NCBI GenBank assembly: GCA_964016885.1
Contig: OZ024743.1
Coordinates: 3,658,001 to 3,722,000 of the forward strand
Direction: 5' to 3'
Source of the DNA: Eledone cirrhosa
Lineage: Eukaryota
Length of the DNA: 64,000 nucleotides
Both the position numbers and the translations under genes were made by a program. Below are positions 37,205 to 48,834 of the stretch, piece by piece (position 1 is the first letter of the stretch; each line of letters opens with the position of its first letter). Below the pieces are notes generated by a model that was given only the letters and a program-made list of their open reading frames with translations, was not told where the DNA came from and did no database searches.

Positions 37205-37395
37205 TTTTATATTTTGTATATTATTATTGGTGTGTGTTTTTATTTTATTTGTATAATGATAATATTCAATAATAGGAAAAGCCGTAAGATACATAACAAT
37301 GAAAGCGGAAGTTTACTTCGAAAGATGAAATTTACGTCATTTCCTCCGGTGTCACTTTTATATACTTCTACTATAAAGATATAGTCCGAGCCAAT
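37205..37395 (-). promoter_or_regulatory. Putative promoter of copy A
   Basis: CCAAT 37391-37395, TATATAAAA 37356-37364, CRE-like TGACGTAA 37332-37339, ETS-like CGGAAGT 37306-37312, second TATAAAA 37205-37211. Confidence 0.5.
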
Positions 37396-37479
37396 GAGGA
37401 GCTTCTAACGTGTTCTTTCGAGCAATAAGGAAAAACAACCAAATCCTATTACAGTCACAAAAAAAGAAGTCATATTGTA

Positions 37480-37960
37480 CAAGGTGCATTCAAAAAGTTT
37501 TGAGACTTCTTCAGGAGAGAGATTAATTAATTTCAAAGAAGTACAAAATTCTAATCTCTTTCAAAGTAGGATCATTTGGCTTCAATGCATTTGTTGTAGT
37601 GCGGCAACCACCTCGTGAAGGGCCCATGGAAGTCCTTCTATGTGAAGGTGTCTAGGACCCTTGTCACAGCCTCCTTCACCTTCTTAAAGTCTTTAAAACG
37701 ACTTCTCATGTGGTTCTCCTTCAGCTTGAATAACTATTAAATGCCACAGGTGGCAAGGTCTGGATTGTAGAGGGGGTAAGAGGACAGTTTTGATGCCCAT
37801 CTTTGTCCTTCCTTCTGTTTGTCACTGAGCACCCTGGGAACAAGCTTTACAAAAATGTTGTGTATGTTCAGATTTTCATGAATAATTCTGTGCACAGTTG
37901 CCACACTAACTCCAAAGTGTATACTTATTAAGACACACAACAGTCTTCATCCAGAAAATT
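37480..37960 (-). mobile_element. Internally deleted mariner element
   Basis: GVSVATVHRIIHENL...LVPRVLSDKQK joined to YPLYNPDLA (WVPxxL and YSPDLAP motifs). Terminus TA|CAAGGTGCATTCAAAAAG. Confidence 0.75.
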
Positions 37961-37984
37961 GTGAATTTTCTTAACCATATTCTA

Positions 37985-38800
37985 ATATGATACGCCACAA
38001 ACTCCAACAAATTTGCACAGGTGGGGAATCAGTGAGAATGAATTGTGTAGTCTCTGTGGAAAAAAAGACACCATGGCACATATTTTATCAGCTCTTGCCA
38101 AAGGGAGATATAGATGGTGCCACACTAAGGTGCTCATGTCACTCACCAACACTGAACCAAGAGAGACACAGAGAACACCAAACACAAAGGAAACCAACAC
38201 CATTATACAGGTTTGTGAAAATGGGAGAGAAACCATCTATCACAGTTAGAACATGTGGCCTACTACACATGGTCCAATCATGGGTATGAGTGTTGATCTG
38301 GGAGGTAGGTTGCAATTCCTCCAGGTTGTTCAAACATCCCAAGGCCAGATGTAGTACTTTGGTCTGAAGAGATAAAAAGGTTAATCCTGATTTAATTCAG
38401 CCCCATGGGAAGAAGAGTGCAGCAATGCCTTTGAGTGAAAGAGAGCCAAATATCAAGTGTAGGGAGAAAGGTTGGCAGGCATGGCTATTTCTAGTCGAGG
38501 TGGGCTGCAGGTAGACCCAGATCACTTGGTATGGAAAATGTTCACTGTCATTAAAATGGCAGAAAGTGAGAAGAAGGCTGCAGGATGGGGAAGGCAGCAG
38601 AAAGGGTCCTATTGGCTTTAGAGTAGGAAAGAGAAGATAAGCTGGAAGCCAGGAGGCAAAGATGACCTGTAATTTGGCCACCACTGCTGACCCACCAGCG
38701 AGAGGCCTTGCAGTTGAGGGTCAAAACACCCAATGAATGTTGGAGACTGTCTGATGACATCAACACCTCCCACCTGAAGGTGAATGATGTGAGGCATCTT
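37985..38800 (+). mobile_element. Hero/NeSL-like non-LTR 3' fragment (CCHC knuckle plus RLE)
   Basis: PTNLHRWG..ENELCSLCG...TMAHILS...GRYRW.H, RPDVVLWS, PWEE, VEVGCR. Confidence 0.75.
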
Positions 38801-39899
38801 CTTAAAGATGTAATTATGCCTATATACATGTGTGTGTGTGTGTCTATAAATACATAAAGAAAGATATAGATCAAAATAAAATAAAATTATATCAATCCAA
38901 TTGTTCTATAAAAGCTCAAGGGAAATTAAGGTAAATTTAAAAGCACCTGCTAGTATTTTTTCCATGTGTTTTTAAATAATCTGACCTCCGACATGCTCAC
39001 AATCAAATTTTTTCTTCAAGAGTTAATGAGTCCATGCAGCACAAATACCATCAGTTCTTGCCTTGTTGCCTCTACTTACTGGCTTTGCTCTCTGTCCTCA
39101 TTTGAGAGTCACTGATGCCCAGCTGGAATGGATCATTGTGCACTTTTTCACATCTTTCAAAGCAGCATCAATAGTGGCAATTTATACCTTGCCACTTTGC
39201 TGCTGCTGCTACCACTTTCCATTGTTTGGAAGAGAGGTGAAATGGTTTCACTCAAGATTAACTGGAGGAAAGATTGGTGTTGTTAATTGAGGTGGCTGCC
39301 CTTGTGATTGTATAGATATCACCTATTGTCTATTGAACAGATGACATGTTTCAGTAGTAGTAGTTGTAACATTAGAAGTATTAGCTGTAGTAACATTAGC
39401 AGCAACATCAATTGTTCTTGTTTCTAAAAAGTAATATTCATGTCTTTCTTGCTTCATCTTTGAAGAAATTTCTTAAATTTGGCCAATTTTTTCACTCTAG
39501 CTGAGTGTATTATCGATAGAATAAACCCGAAAGAAACATTATTTGTGTTTGTGTTTGAATTTGAAATTCTTGCCATTGGGTACATGTCAAAGATGATAGA
39601 TATGTAGAGAAGAAAGGAAGAAGACAAAAAAGAAGAAATCAATGTCTTTTATGTGTATTCAATAAAAAAAAAAGGAGTCCCTTTTCATCTCCCACTCTAA
39701 ACACAATAGATTGTAATACAAACATTGTCTTTTAAGTCTGTAATGTTACACTACTTGATCTTTCACATTTCATTTGTTGCCTTTAGTAGTTAGGGGTGGG
39801 GTATTCTTAATCTTTTTTTTTATAATCATTTTTCTGATTATTTCTTAATAATTCCAGCTTACAAGATTTCAAAATCACAAAAATTCAAAACAAATGAGT

Positions 39900-40019
39900 A
39901 AAAAGAAAAAAAGAAAAAAAGAAAAAAAGAAAAAAAGAAAAAAAGAAAAAAAAGAAAAAAAGAAAAAAAGAAAAAAAGAAAAAAAGAAAAAAAGAAAAAA
40001 AGAAAAAAAGAAAAAAAAA
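39900..40019. repeat. (GAAAAAAA)n polypurine repeat
   Basis: About 14 units. Confidence 0.95.
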
Positions 40020-40849
40020 TGAAAAATTTCAATATTATTCATAAATAACACTGGGGAATATTTTCAAAAACATTTTTAGTTGTTTTGCTTTTTACAATTG
40101 TTCCTACCTAATTTGATAGAGCTGAGTTCAGAAATGTCCTCAGAAATTTTCTGTAATGTCAAGTTTCTTTGTGAAACACGAATTCATTTTTTACCAAAAA
40201 AATGTTAATTTTGCCATTAAATACAGTACTGAAATAAAAAAATAACACAAATCAAATCGTACTTTTTATTGTTTAACAAATATATTACATAAAATATTTA
40301 ATTACATATCTTAAGAGATATTTTTGGCAAACTGGAGTTTCAGCTACTTAAAGAGTGAACTTTCTCTTTCCTGCTTTGTATGAATAACTTGCATTGTGAC
40401 AATCTTTTTGCAGACACTGACAGTAGTCAGTCATCATGTTTCTGTTCCCCCTTGTTTTGATACCTAGACTCCATGGTCTTGATGTCTTGGTGGAATCTTT
40501 CTTCTTGCTGATCTTTTTTTTTTTTGTCACACACACATGCCTCATACTGTAAAATAGACAACACATCCAATGCAGTCATTTTCTTTTCTACCTGTCTTCT
40601 CTTATTATCTGTTTACCTGGGCAAAGCTCAGTACACTAGCTAGTTATATATAAATGTGTGTGAGTGTGTGCATGTGTATGTGTGTATGTGTGTAAATTAG
40701 CATTCAAATTCATGAAGATGCTGACCGCGAAACACGAGCATCACTGACAACAAACGTGCAGAGAAAACCCCTTATGGTCAATTCCTAACCTGCTAGAAAT
40801 AGCAATCAGCTTGGTTAGCATACCCAGGATGGGTTTCTTCTTTGATTCT

Positions 40850-42862
40850 ATAAAATTTGTATCAATTAACCTTCCTGGGTATAAGTATACCCTTATTCCA
40901 TTGCTGTACTTACTTTCCAATTGTCAGTTTTTGTTTTTGTGTGATGCACGAAGGAACCAACCAACAAACATCTCTCTTTTATATTATGTATGGATTCTGC
41001 AAAAGTTCTCCTTTCACTCCATAAACAATGATCCACGCTGATGAGGCCTCAGTCACCATTCTTTCTCTTCATGAATAGTCTATTAATATGTTTGGGGATG
41101 TAAAGGTCCATACAATGTCATTAATTTTTTCATCTTTCTATCTAATTTTTCTTCAGTGCAACTGAAAATAGATGCACTGTATCTAATCACTGGAACTTCC
41201 CAGATATTCATTGCAGTGACCAAATTTCTTGCATTCAAGCAGGATTTTAAAATCATTTTTACTCTTTTTAAATTATCCCTCTAACCTTTTCTTTCATTTC
41301 TGCATGCAAAATATTATACAGTCTAATATCCCCAAATATTTATAGACACTATCTTTTGATTCTCCTATGGTTTCTCCCGATGGCAGTCGTAATCCACTAC
41401 AGGATGCTTTTTCCCTCTTTTTAAGTTAAGAACAGAGCATTTGGAAATCCCGAATTCCATATAAATGTCACTGCTACATATTTGAACTCTTAACATTTGA
41501 GTCTATTTGGTTTCCCAAACAATTTCAGTTCATCCTTAAATAGAAGGTGGTTTATAAATGGTCCGTGCTTTCTAAATTGGTAGCCCATTTTAATTTTTCT
41601 GAGTGTGAGTGTTATAGGTATCACTGCTATAACAAATAATTGTTTCTACTTTTGGCACAAGGCCAGCAATTACCCAGTGCATTACTGGTACTTTATTTTA
41701 TCGACCCCATAAGGATGAAAGGCAAAGTTAACCTCGGCGGGATTTGAACTCAGAATAGCAAGGGCCGTAACTCTATGCGTCAAAGCATGGCGTCCGACCC
41801 TCTACCGATACTGCCAAAGATACCCCTTTTAATTTTTAATTTACCCAGAAAGACGTTGCTTGAGTACAACTTGGCATACTATTCAGAATAAATTTTGTGA
41901 TGTTGTCAGCAATACCAAACATCTGCAGGCATTCACCAATCTAAGAATGGGGCACCATATAATATGCTTTCTTAAAGCCAATCTAGGTCATAGACATGTT
42001 GGTATAATTTTTTTTACAATACCTTAAAACTGTCTTATCAATAATCAGGTGGTCCTTGGCACCCTGCGACTTCTTCCTACATCCTTTTTGTTCCCTTGTT
42101 AGTATTCTTTCCTGTAACAGAAAAACATATCTTCCCACAAATATCCCAGTGAGAATCTTCCATATTATGTTTAGGCATGATATAGGGCGGTAATTTCTCA
42201 TGGCATTTCCCTTCTATTTTTATCACAAGTGTTGTTCTTTCTGTAACCATCCAGGTGAGGACTGCACCTCTCTGGACACAATCATTCAATTGTGTTGTTA
42301 GTCTTTCATGTATTGCACTGCATATCTTTAATCAAAATCCATGGATCCCATCTGGTCTGGGGGCTTTTCAGTTTGGCATCTTGGCTACTTGATCCTTCAC
42401 ATCAACTGTGCTTATGGTAATATCTTTTTGTATATTTCCTCCTTGCAATTCTGTCTATACACTTCACCTCATTTATATGCCTCTTACTGTTTCCCCACAT
42501 CCCATTCCAGAACTTAGCTTTATCAGCACTAGGGATAGCATCCTTTCCATTGCCATTGTCTCTTCCCAAACTGCATAAGAATTGTTTTGTATTATTTTGG
42601 AACAAACTATTCTCCTCAAACTCTTTATTTCTATTTACATAGCTCTTTATTTTCTAGCTTTTCGAGAAAATTCTGTTTTAACTGTTCTATTACTATCTGG
42701 AATCCCCTCTTCCTTATCTTATATATCTTGTCTAGTACTTCTCAATCATACTTTTCCCCATTTTTCCACTTTTCTCTAAACCATTGCTCAAATTTACCTA
42801 GATCATGCCTTAACCGCATTATGGCATGTTGAATATATCTTCTCCACCATGGTTCTTTTACC
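40850..42862 (-). mobile_element. Decayed R4/Dong-clade non-LTR RT fragment
   Basis: EPWWRR, FQNNTKQF, KFWNGMW, KAP.PDGI.GF, NYRPISCLNIIWKILTGI, EQKGCRKKSQGAKDHLIID. 5' end abuts (TAA)n. Confidence 0.75.
41633..41828 (-). mobile_element. SINE family B (young), inserted in the R4/Dong fragment
   Basis: A box TGGCAGTATCGG, B box GAGTTCAAATC, core gcctttcatcctt..ggggtcgataaaataaagtaccag (resembles the MetaSINE central domain). Confidence 0.88.
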
Positions 42863-42881
42863 TTATTATTATTATTATAAT

Positions 42882-43075
42882 AAGGGCGGTGGATTGGCAG
42901 TATCGGTAGAGTGTCGGACGCCATGCTTTGACGCATAGAGTTACGGCCCTTGCCATTCTGAGTTCAAATCCCGCTGAGGTTAACTTTGCCTTTCATCCTT
43001 ACGGGGTCGATAAAATAAAGTACCAGTAATGTACTGGGTAATTGGTGGCCTTGTGCCAAAAGTAGAAACAATTTT
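42882..43075 (+). mobile_element. SINE family B (young), followed by a partial second head to about 43170
   Basis: Close reverse complement of 41633-41828. Confidence 0.88.
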
Positions 43076-43879
43076 TATTATAATAAGGGTGGTGTATTGG
43101 CAGAATCGGTAGAGCATTGGACAATATGCTTAACGGCATAGAGTTAAGGCCCTTTAAAATCTGGCCTTCGTTTTCAGGGAAAAGCTTTTTGTAGTAGGTC
43201 CCTGAACCTTTTCCATCCCACTCTCACTCTGAGAGGTTATGGTACTTACACTGTTTATGGTGAAATATTCTCTTCTTTGAGTTTGTCCAGGTGTTTTATA
43301 GTTATAAAGGTGGGTCTGTACTCTTTAATTTACCTTTTTAATTATTATGTATTTTCCACACTTTTCGTAGACCTTATGCTTTCCACTCTATATACTTTTG
43401 TGTTTTCTTCTCTATATAGTGTATTATGAAGAGCCCGGTACTTATTCCTTGAGATCATTAAATTACAGGGGATTAACGTGAGTCTTTAACTCCGTTTTTC
43501 ATTTGCTATATATATATGTATATATATCATCATCATCATCGTTTAACGTCCATCTTCTACACTAGCATAGTTTTCAAGTGAGTTCTCCACAGGATGAGAA
43601 GAAGGAGAAAGTCCTGACAATTGGTGTCACTTTTGGTGAAGTTGTTCTTATTGTTGTTAAAGTAGAGGAGAAGGAGAGGTTGAGATATGACTGGTATATC
43701 TGTTGGTTCGCTGAACAACAGTTGATTAGAAGAATAAAATTAATAGCATATTATATTAGTTATTACAGACCATATATCACCATACATGGTATAAATATTT
43801 AGATATCAGCACCATCAATACTCAATGATCATACTAAAATAAATACCAAATAGCTGTAGACAGTAAATATCCTCTATTC

Positions 43880-44290
43880 CTCCTCATCATTGTTTAACAT
43901 ATATTATCCATGCTTGCAAGGTTTAGAAGAGTTGAGGTATGTCAAATCAGGTGACCATGTCTTGCTCAAACGGATCTGATTTTGTTTCAGTTTCTACAGA
44001 TTGATGTTCTTTCTAACACGAACCATATTAGTGTGGACAAGGTGCTTTTTATCGTGATACCAAAATTACCAAAATAGGGTTGGTAGGGTGCTTTTTTGTA
44101 TTGTCACCAGCACAAACACTGTACAGGGTGAACTGGTGCATTATGTCATGTAAACGGCACGACAGCCCACAGGGTGTACTGGGTGATTTTTGTTGTGTAA
44201 CCAGCATGGCCATCTTAAAGTAGCTTTTTATCAAGTCTCCGACCACCTTACAGGTTGAAATGGGTATTTTTTGTTGTGTCACCAGCATAA
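43880..44290 (-). mobile_element. Old SINE family A remnant with degenerate internal repeats
   Basis: ggtgaccatgtcttgctca...tttctacaga...ggtgcttttt motifs shared with family A. Confidence 0.55.
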
Positions 44291-44599
44291 ATTCCCATTT
44301 AATGCGAGACTATAAATTTACCTGAATATATATATATATATTCAGGTAAATTTATTGTTCTAAACATGTCCCACGTTCAATGGGGAAAAATAATTACCCA
44401 TCGAATGGAACATAAATTTTGGCAATATGTGGCTAAATGATCAACTCTAAATGAGAAAACCTATAATAAAAAGACATTTCAACTTTGATGATCCAACACA
44501 GTATGTCTAGAAATACATTATCCAATATGACTTTTCTTTTTTGTGATTGCAGTGAGATTTGCCTGCGGTTCTTTATTGCTCGAAAGAACACATTTGAAG

Positions 44600-44700
44600 T
44601 TCTTGTTGGCTCGGACTATATCTTTATAGTAGAAGTATATAAAATCGACACCGGTAGGAAATGACGTAAATTTCATCTCTTGAAGTAAACTTCCGCTTTC
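44600..44700 (+). promoter_or_regulatory. Putative promoter remnant of copy B
   Basis: TATATAAAA 44636-44644, TGACGTAA 44662-44669 and ACTTCCG 44689-44695 are retained. ATTGG reads GTTGG here and the proximal TATAAAA is absent. Confidence 0.4.
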
Positions 44701-44731
44701 ATTGTTATTTATCTTACGACCTGAAGTTGAA

Positions 44732-44992
44732 ATGGATGAACTATTTGTGACAGAACAAATGCGAGAAGCGCAACCTAAGTTTGAAAGAGCTTGTCATCAA
44801 ATTGTATTGCTTGACCAGAAGATACGGGACTTAGAGGTTCGTTATAAAAGAGCTGTGAAAAACAAGAAAAATTCTTTTCGGTATAATCTAAGGTTACGTT
44901 TGTATGTTGTAACGAGTGTGAAGATGATGTATCACCATTATGCGAGTACCAAAGCCGAGGAACTTGACTTACTCCGGCGTCAGATACCCTGA
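44732..44992 (+). CDS. Uncharacterised 86-aa basic coiled-coil protein, copy B (possibly decaying)
   Basis: Intact frame, 5 amino acid differences from copy A within the 86 aa. Lacks a 210-bp upstream segment present in copy A. Confidence 0.65.
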   Translation: MDELFVTEQMREAQPKFERACHQIVLLDQKIRDLEVRYKRAVKNKKNSFRYNLRLRLYVVTSVKMMYHHYASTKAEELDLLRRQIP

Positions 44993-45409
44993 GACTCGAC
45001 AATGGCAGGAATTAAGTTGAATGATTATTTATCATGATGGACTTCTATCGTTGTAGTGCACCTGAGCACTACACAATAATTTCATTATATATTTGTTATG
45101 AAGTGATAAGCCGAGAAGTGTTTAAAAATGTAAAGAAAAAATTACCATTACAAACGAAAGGAGAACATTTTTTTAATAAATGTTTGAAAGAAACCACTAA
45201 TTTTTTGTTTGATTTAATATCAAATGAAATAGGAGCAAAAAACAAAACAAAACAAATAAATAAATAAAGAAAAACAAACCCCCCAAACAAAACACTGAAG
45301 TTCATTTGGCAGCTATTTTCTTCGTTCTTCCGAGTAAACTGGCCACGGTGATAATACATAATAATAATAAAAATGTCTTTCTGTTGAACATTTAAGAATA
45401 CTTATCTTT

Positions 45410-45447
<38 letters not shown>

Positions 45448-47419
45448 CTTACATCTAACTTCACACTGACACTATGCCAGTCCATCACTGTGTACTTCCC
45501 ACAATTCACATTTAGTTGACATGTGTCAGACCTTTAAACTGGATCCCTTTATAAAATAATTGATTCACTCAGGACCATAAAACATTCAATTTTGTTGACA
45601 TGACTCTACAAAATTACTCCCCCCTACCTTGACGGACGATGGACACAATATCGTTGTGTTATCTATTCCAACACATTAGCATCATCTTACATGGTCACCT
45701 GTTTTCGTTTCTCTGATCATCTTTTCTTTGTTTTCGTTTAGTGATCACTGCAAAACAGTAATCATTACCTTTTATTTTATGATAATAGTAGTAATGTCAA
45801 CTGTCATTTTAAATATTAACCATTTGCTTTCAGATTTTTATTTCTCTGCATATATAGAACACACTCCTGTACATCTAAATGAGTTGTCCACATGAATTTG
45901 AAATCTCAGGTAAATTCAGAGAAGACAAGAAGTTGTGAGAGTTATATCTTTCTCTGCTCCATTTGTGAATAGAAATCTTATAATTTTTGGTTTGTCTAGA
46001 ATTTAATGTTACCTCATGATCCATGGCAAATGTGTTATATATATTAATAGTATTAATTATCTCTTATAAACTATATTTTACAGTATTTAGTTTCAACTCT
46101 ATATCACTGATACTTGAAATCCCATTGGAGATAACTTTGTATTCAAACCCTTCATATAGTTTATAAATTGTAAACTATTGGTGGCTGACATGGATATGAA
46201 TGTATGTTGTGTGATGGCATTTCATGAGCAAGAACTTGATGTGGAAGCAAAGGTAGGCCAACTTTTGAGGGAAATGAGGGACAAACTGAGGAGGAAGCGG
46301 TTGTAAGCTCAAGGATTGTGACCTCAATACAACAAGTAACATAGAGAAAGATCTCTTGTGGTTTGGTTGTATGGAACAGGAATGTAATGAAATGGTCTGA
46401 AACTGTAGACTGGGGATAATTTAAATTAAATCAGCCCATAACATTAGTTATGAGGGACAAAATTTTCTTTGTTCAAATATTGCTGAGGTCAACTTTGAGT
46501 TTCATCCTTTTGGGATCATTAAAATTAAGCCCAGTCAATTACTGATGTTGACTTCCCCTTACACAAATTGCTGGCCTTTTGCCTAAATTAGAAATTATTT
46601 TATACTATTTTTTATCCTAACCATATATTCTTAACATAATTGAGTCTTGACTTAACAATAACATTTCTGGTGGAAATTTCAGTCGTTTGAGCAAAAGTTT
46701 TATTATTTTGAAAGGAGATAAGAAAAGCTGATGTGAGCTAGGAAGAACTGGGTGATACTGTCCTTCTAGTCTCTATGAAATATAAACTAAGTTTTATTGA
46801 ATATGAAACTCAACTTCATGTTTTATCCAGTGCAAAACTTTTTGTTTCAATTCTAATTACATAAATCTATCTCTATTATAGAAGATCATAGTTTTCATTA
46901 GCTCGATCAGTTCACAAAGTGATTACCCATGTTCTGAGGTTTTATGCTAAATTTGGTTCTTCTGGTGACTTTCTACTCTATGAAGATTCCAACTTTCCAA
47001 CCTTGAGCTGGAGTAACCTGATTTGAATCGAGGCAGTTATGAAGAAGAGCGATGTAGAACTTTTGTCATATGTCTCTCATCATACCAATAAACCAACACA
47101 GCATGGTGACATATTAGATCTAATCTTCACAAATGATCTATTTCTTACAAAAAATTTTAATTGCTAAGAATATAATTTGATAATTTTAACATTTTTTTAG
47201 ATTAATTAATTTATGTAAATTTGTCAAATCTTTTTCAGGCACTAAATTAGATAAAATATGTGAAATTCTCAGTTATAGCTTATCTAATATAAATAATTAT
47301 ATTCCTCTCTTTCCTGTTTCTGAAACCATTTTAAATGGTCATCAGATACTATATATACTTGCAATAGACAGCAAAAACTCCATTTTGTAGTGTTGTAAGA
47401 TTGATGTTGTGAAATAGAC

Positions 47420-47904
47420 AAGGGGATTGAAGTCTGGTGACCTTGGAGGCCATGTGTCTGAAAGAATATGGTTAAGGAGATTGTCATGCATCTGTGCTTG
47501 TGTTGTTCTGGCCTTATAAGAGGGCATAGTCTTTTTGAAAGACAAACGGTCTTCCGTTATCCTGTTTATCCAGGGCTTCACAACTGTCTCCAACACCTCT
47601 TTGTAGACAGCAGCCTTGATTCATAAGCCCTAAGAAAAAAAATGATTGTTGATGACACCCAGAACCTTAACAATTGCTGGAAATTTGGTGTGCATGACCA
47701 TTGAAACCTTATTTGGCAACTTTCGAGAAGAAAACTATCGCTGTATCATTATACTGTGCTTTTAAGGCAACGATTACAGTGTGCCTTTTCATTTGCTGAG
47801 TCAATTTAATGTTTGGCATTATTTATCTGAAAAATCAAAAAAGAAAATCAAATCAGTGATAAGAAAGTTAGAGCTTAAGAAAGAGATGTCCTAAAAAAAC
47901 CCTG
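47420..47904 (-). mobile_element. Tc1/mariner-superfamily (maT-like) deleted element
   Basis: LETVVKPWI...KARTTQ...WPPRSPDFNPL. Terminus TA|CAGGG next to (TA)n. Confidence 0.7.
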
Positions 47905-47941
47905 TATATATATATATATACACATCATCATCACCATTCAA

Positions 47942-48167
47942 CCCTTTAGCGTTTGCATTATTCTATTCTATATTTACTATTATATTTTCACGGTAAACAC
48001 TTTATTTCACATAATTATCTCACATAATATCAAATCTATGAGATATTGATATTATCTATTTTGAGAACATTACTTTAACATTAGTACAAGCAGCCTGTTA
48101 TGGCTGGTTTGAGCAGAAAGGGGTGAGAGAATTTTGGCTGGATACGGCTGGTTTAAATGCTAAAGGG
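47942..48167. mobile_element. piggyBac-type MITE
   Basis: TIR ccctttagc.ttt / aaatgctaaaggg, flanks TCAA and TTAA. Inserted in a SINE tail. Relatives at 54166-54361 and about 55694-55815. Confidence 0.75.
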
Positions 48168-48413
48168 TTAATGTTCATTTTTCTACGCTAGCATGGATTA
48201 GATAAATTGTTCCATTGTGAGACAAGTCAGATCAGATGACTGTGTCTTGCTCTTCCAGAACTGTTTTTGATTTGATTTCCATGGGTGGATGTCCTTCCCA
48301 GTGCCAACCATATTTACAACATAGACTGAATGCTTTTTAGTATGGCATCAAAATGACCACTTTACTTGGTTGCTTAATCTATGCATGCGTGAAACTGTGC
48401 ACCATGCTGGTAA

Positions 48414-48488
48414 AGTAGTGGATATTCTCCGACAGTAGTGGATATTCTGCGACAGTAGTGGACATTCTGCGACAGTAGTGGACATTCT
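48414..48488. repeat. 20-bp tandem repeat (gacagtagtggatattctgc), about 3.7 copies
   Basis: Direct inspection. Confidence 0.9.
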
Positions 48489-48834
48489 TACTAACAGGTA
48501 AATATTAATTTATACTTTCAAAGAATGCCATCTGACGAAACTGAATGTCTTCAATGTTGGTCCTATGAGAGTCCATCCCCTTCTCTCTCTATCTCATATA
48601 TATATATATATAAACAAACGAAACAGTACACACACACACACACACACACAGTGGCCTCCGAACGATTGTTATTGTGTGTATAGCGCCCCCACCATCCACC
48701 GACCAACAAGCGACCAGACAGACTGCTACACTGCCAGTAACAAAGACTGAATATAGGTAGTACAATGCATTGACAGCTAGCACCATCCCACTCCCACAAT
48801 AAAGAGGAGCTGCCTTGACCTTTGCTTGACCACA

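Larger units (their letters stand above)
29925..37477. repeat. Left arm of a large inverted duplication
   Basis: Reverse-complement blocks: 35521-37477/44523-46272, 33225-33785/52085-53505, 31815-32650/54362-55140, 31750-31815/58360-58410, 29925-30025/58420-58515. Confidence 0.9.

Noticed and set aside
39063-39330. Possible Pif1-like Helitron helicase remnant on the minus strand
   Set aside because: Similarity is too faint and interrupted by stops to support by eye.
40348-40645. Cys-rich piggyBac-like C-terminus and a degenerate Helitron-like 3' end
   Set aside because: Only fragmentary motifs, with no matching termini identified.
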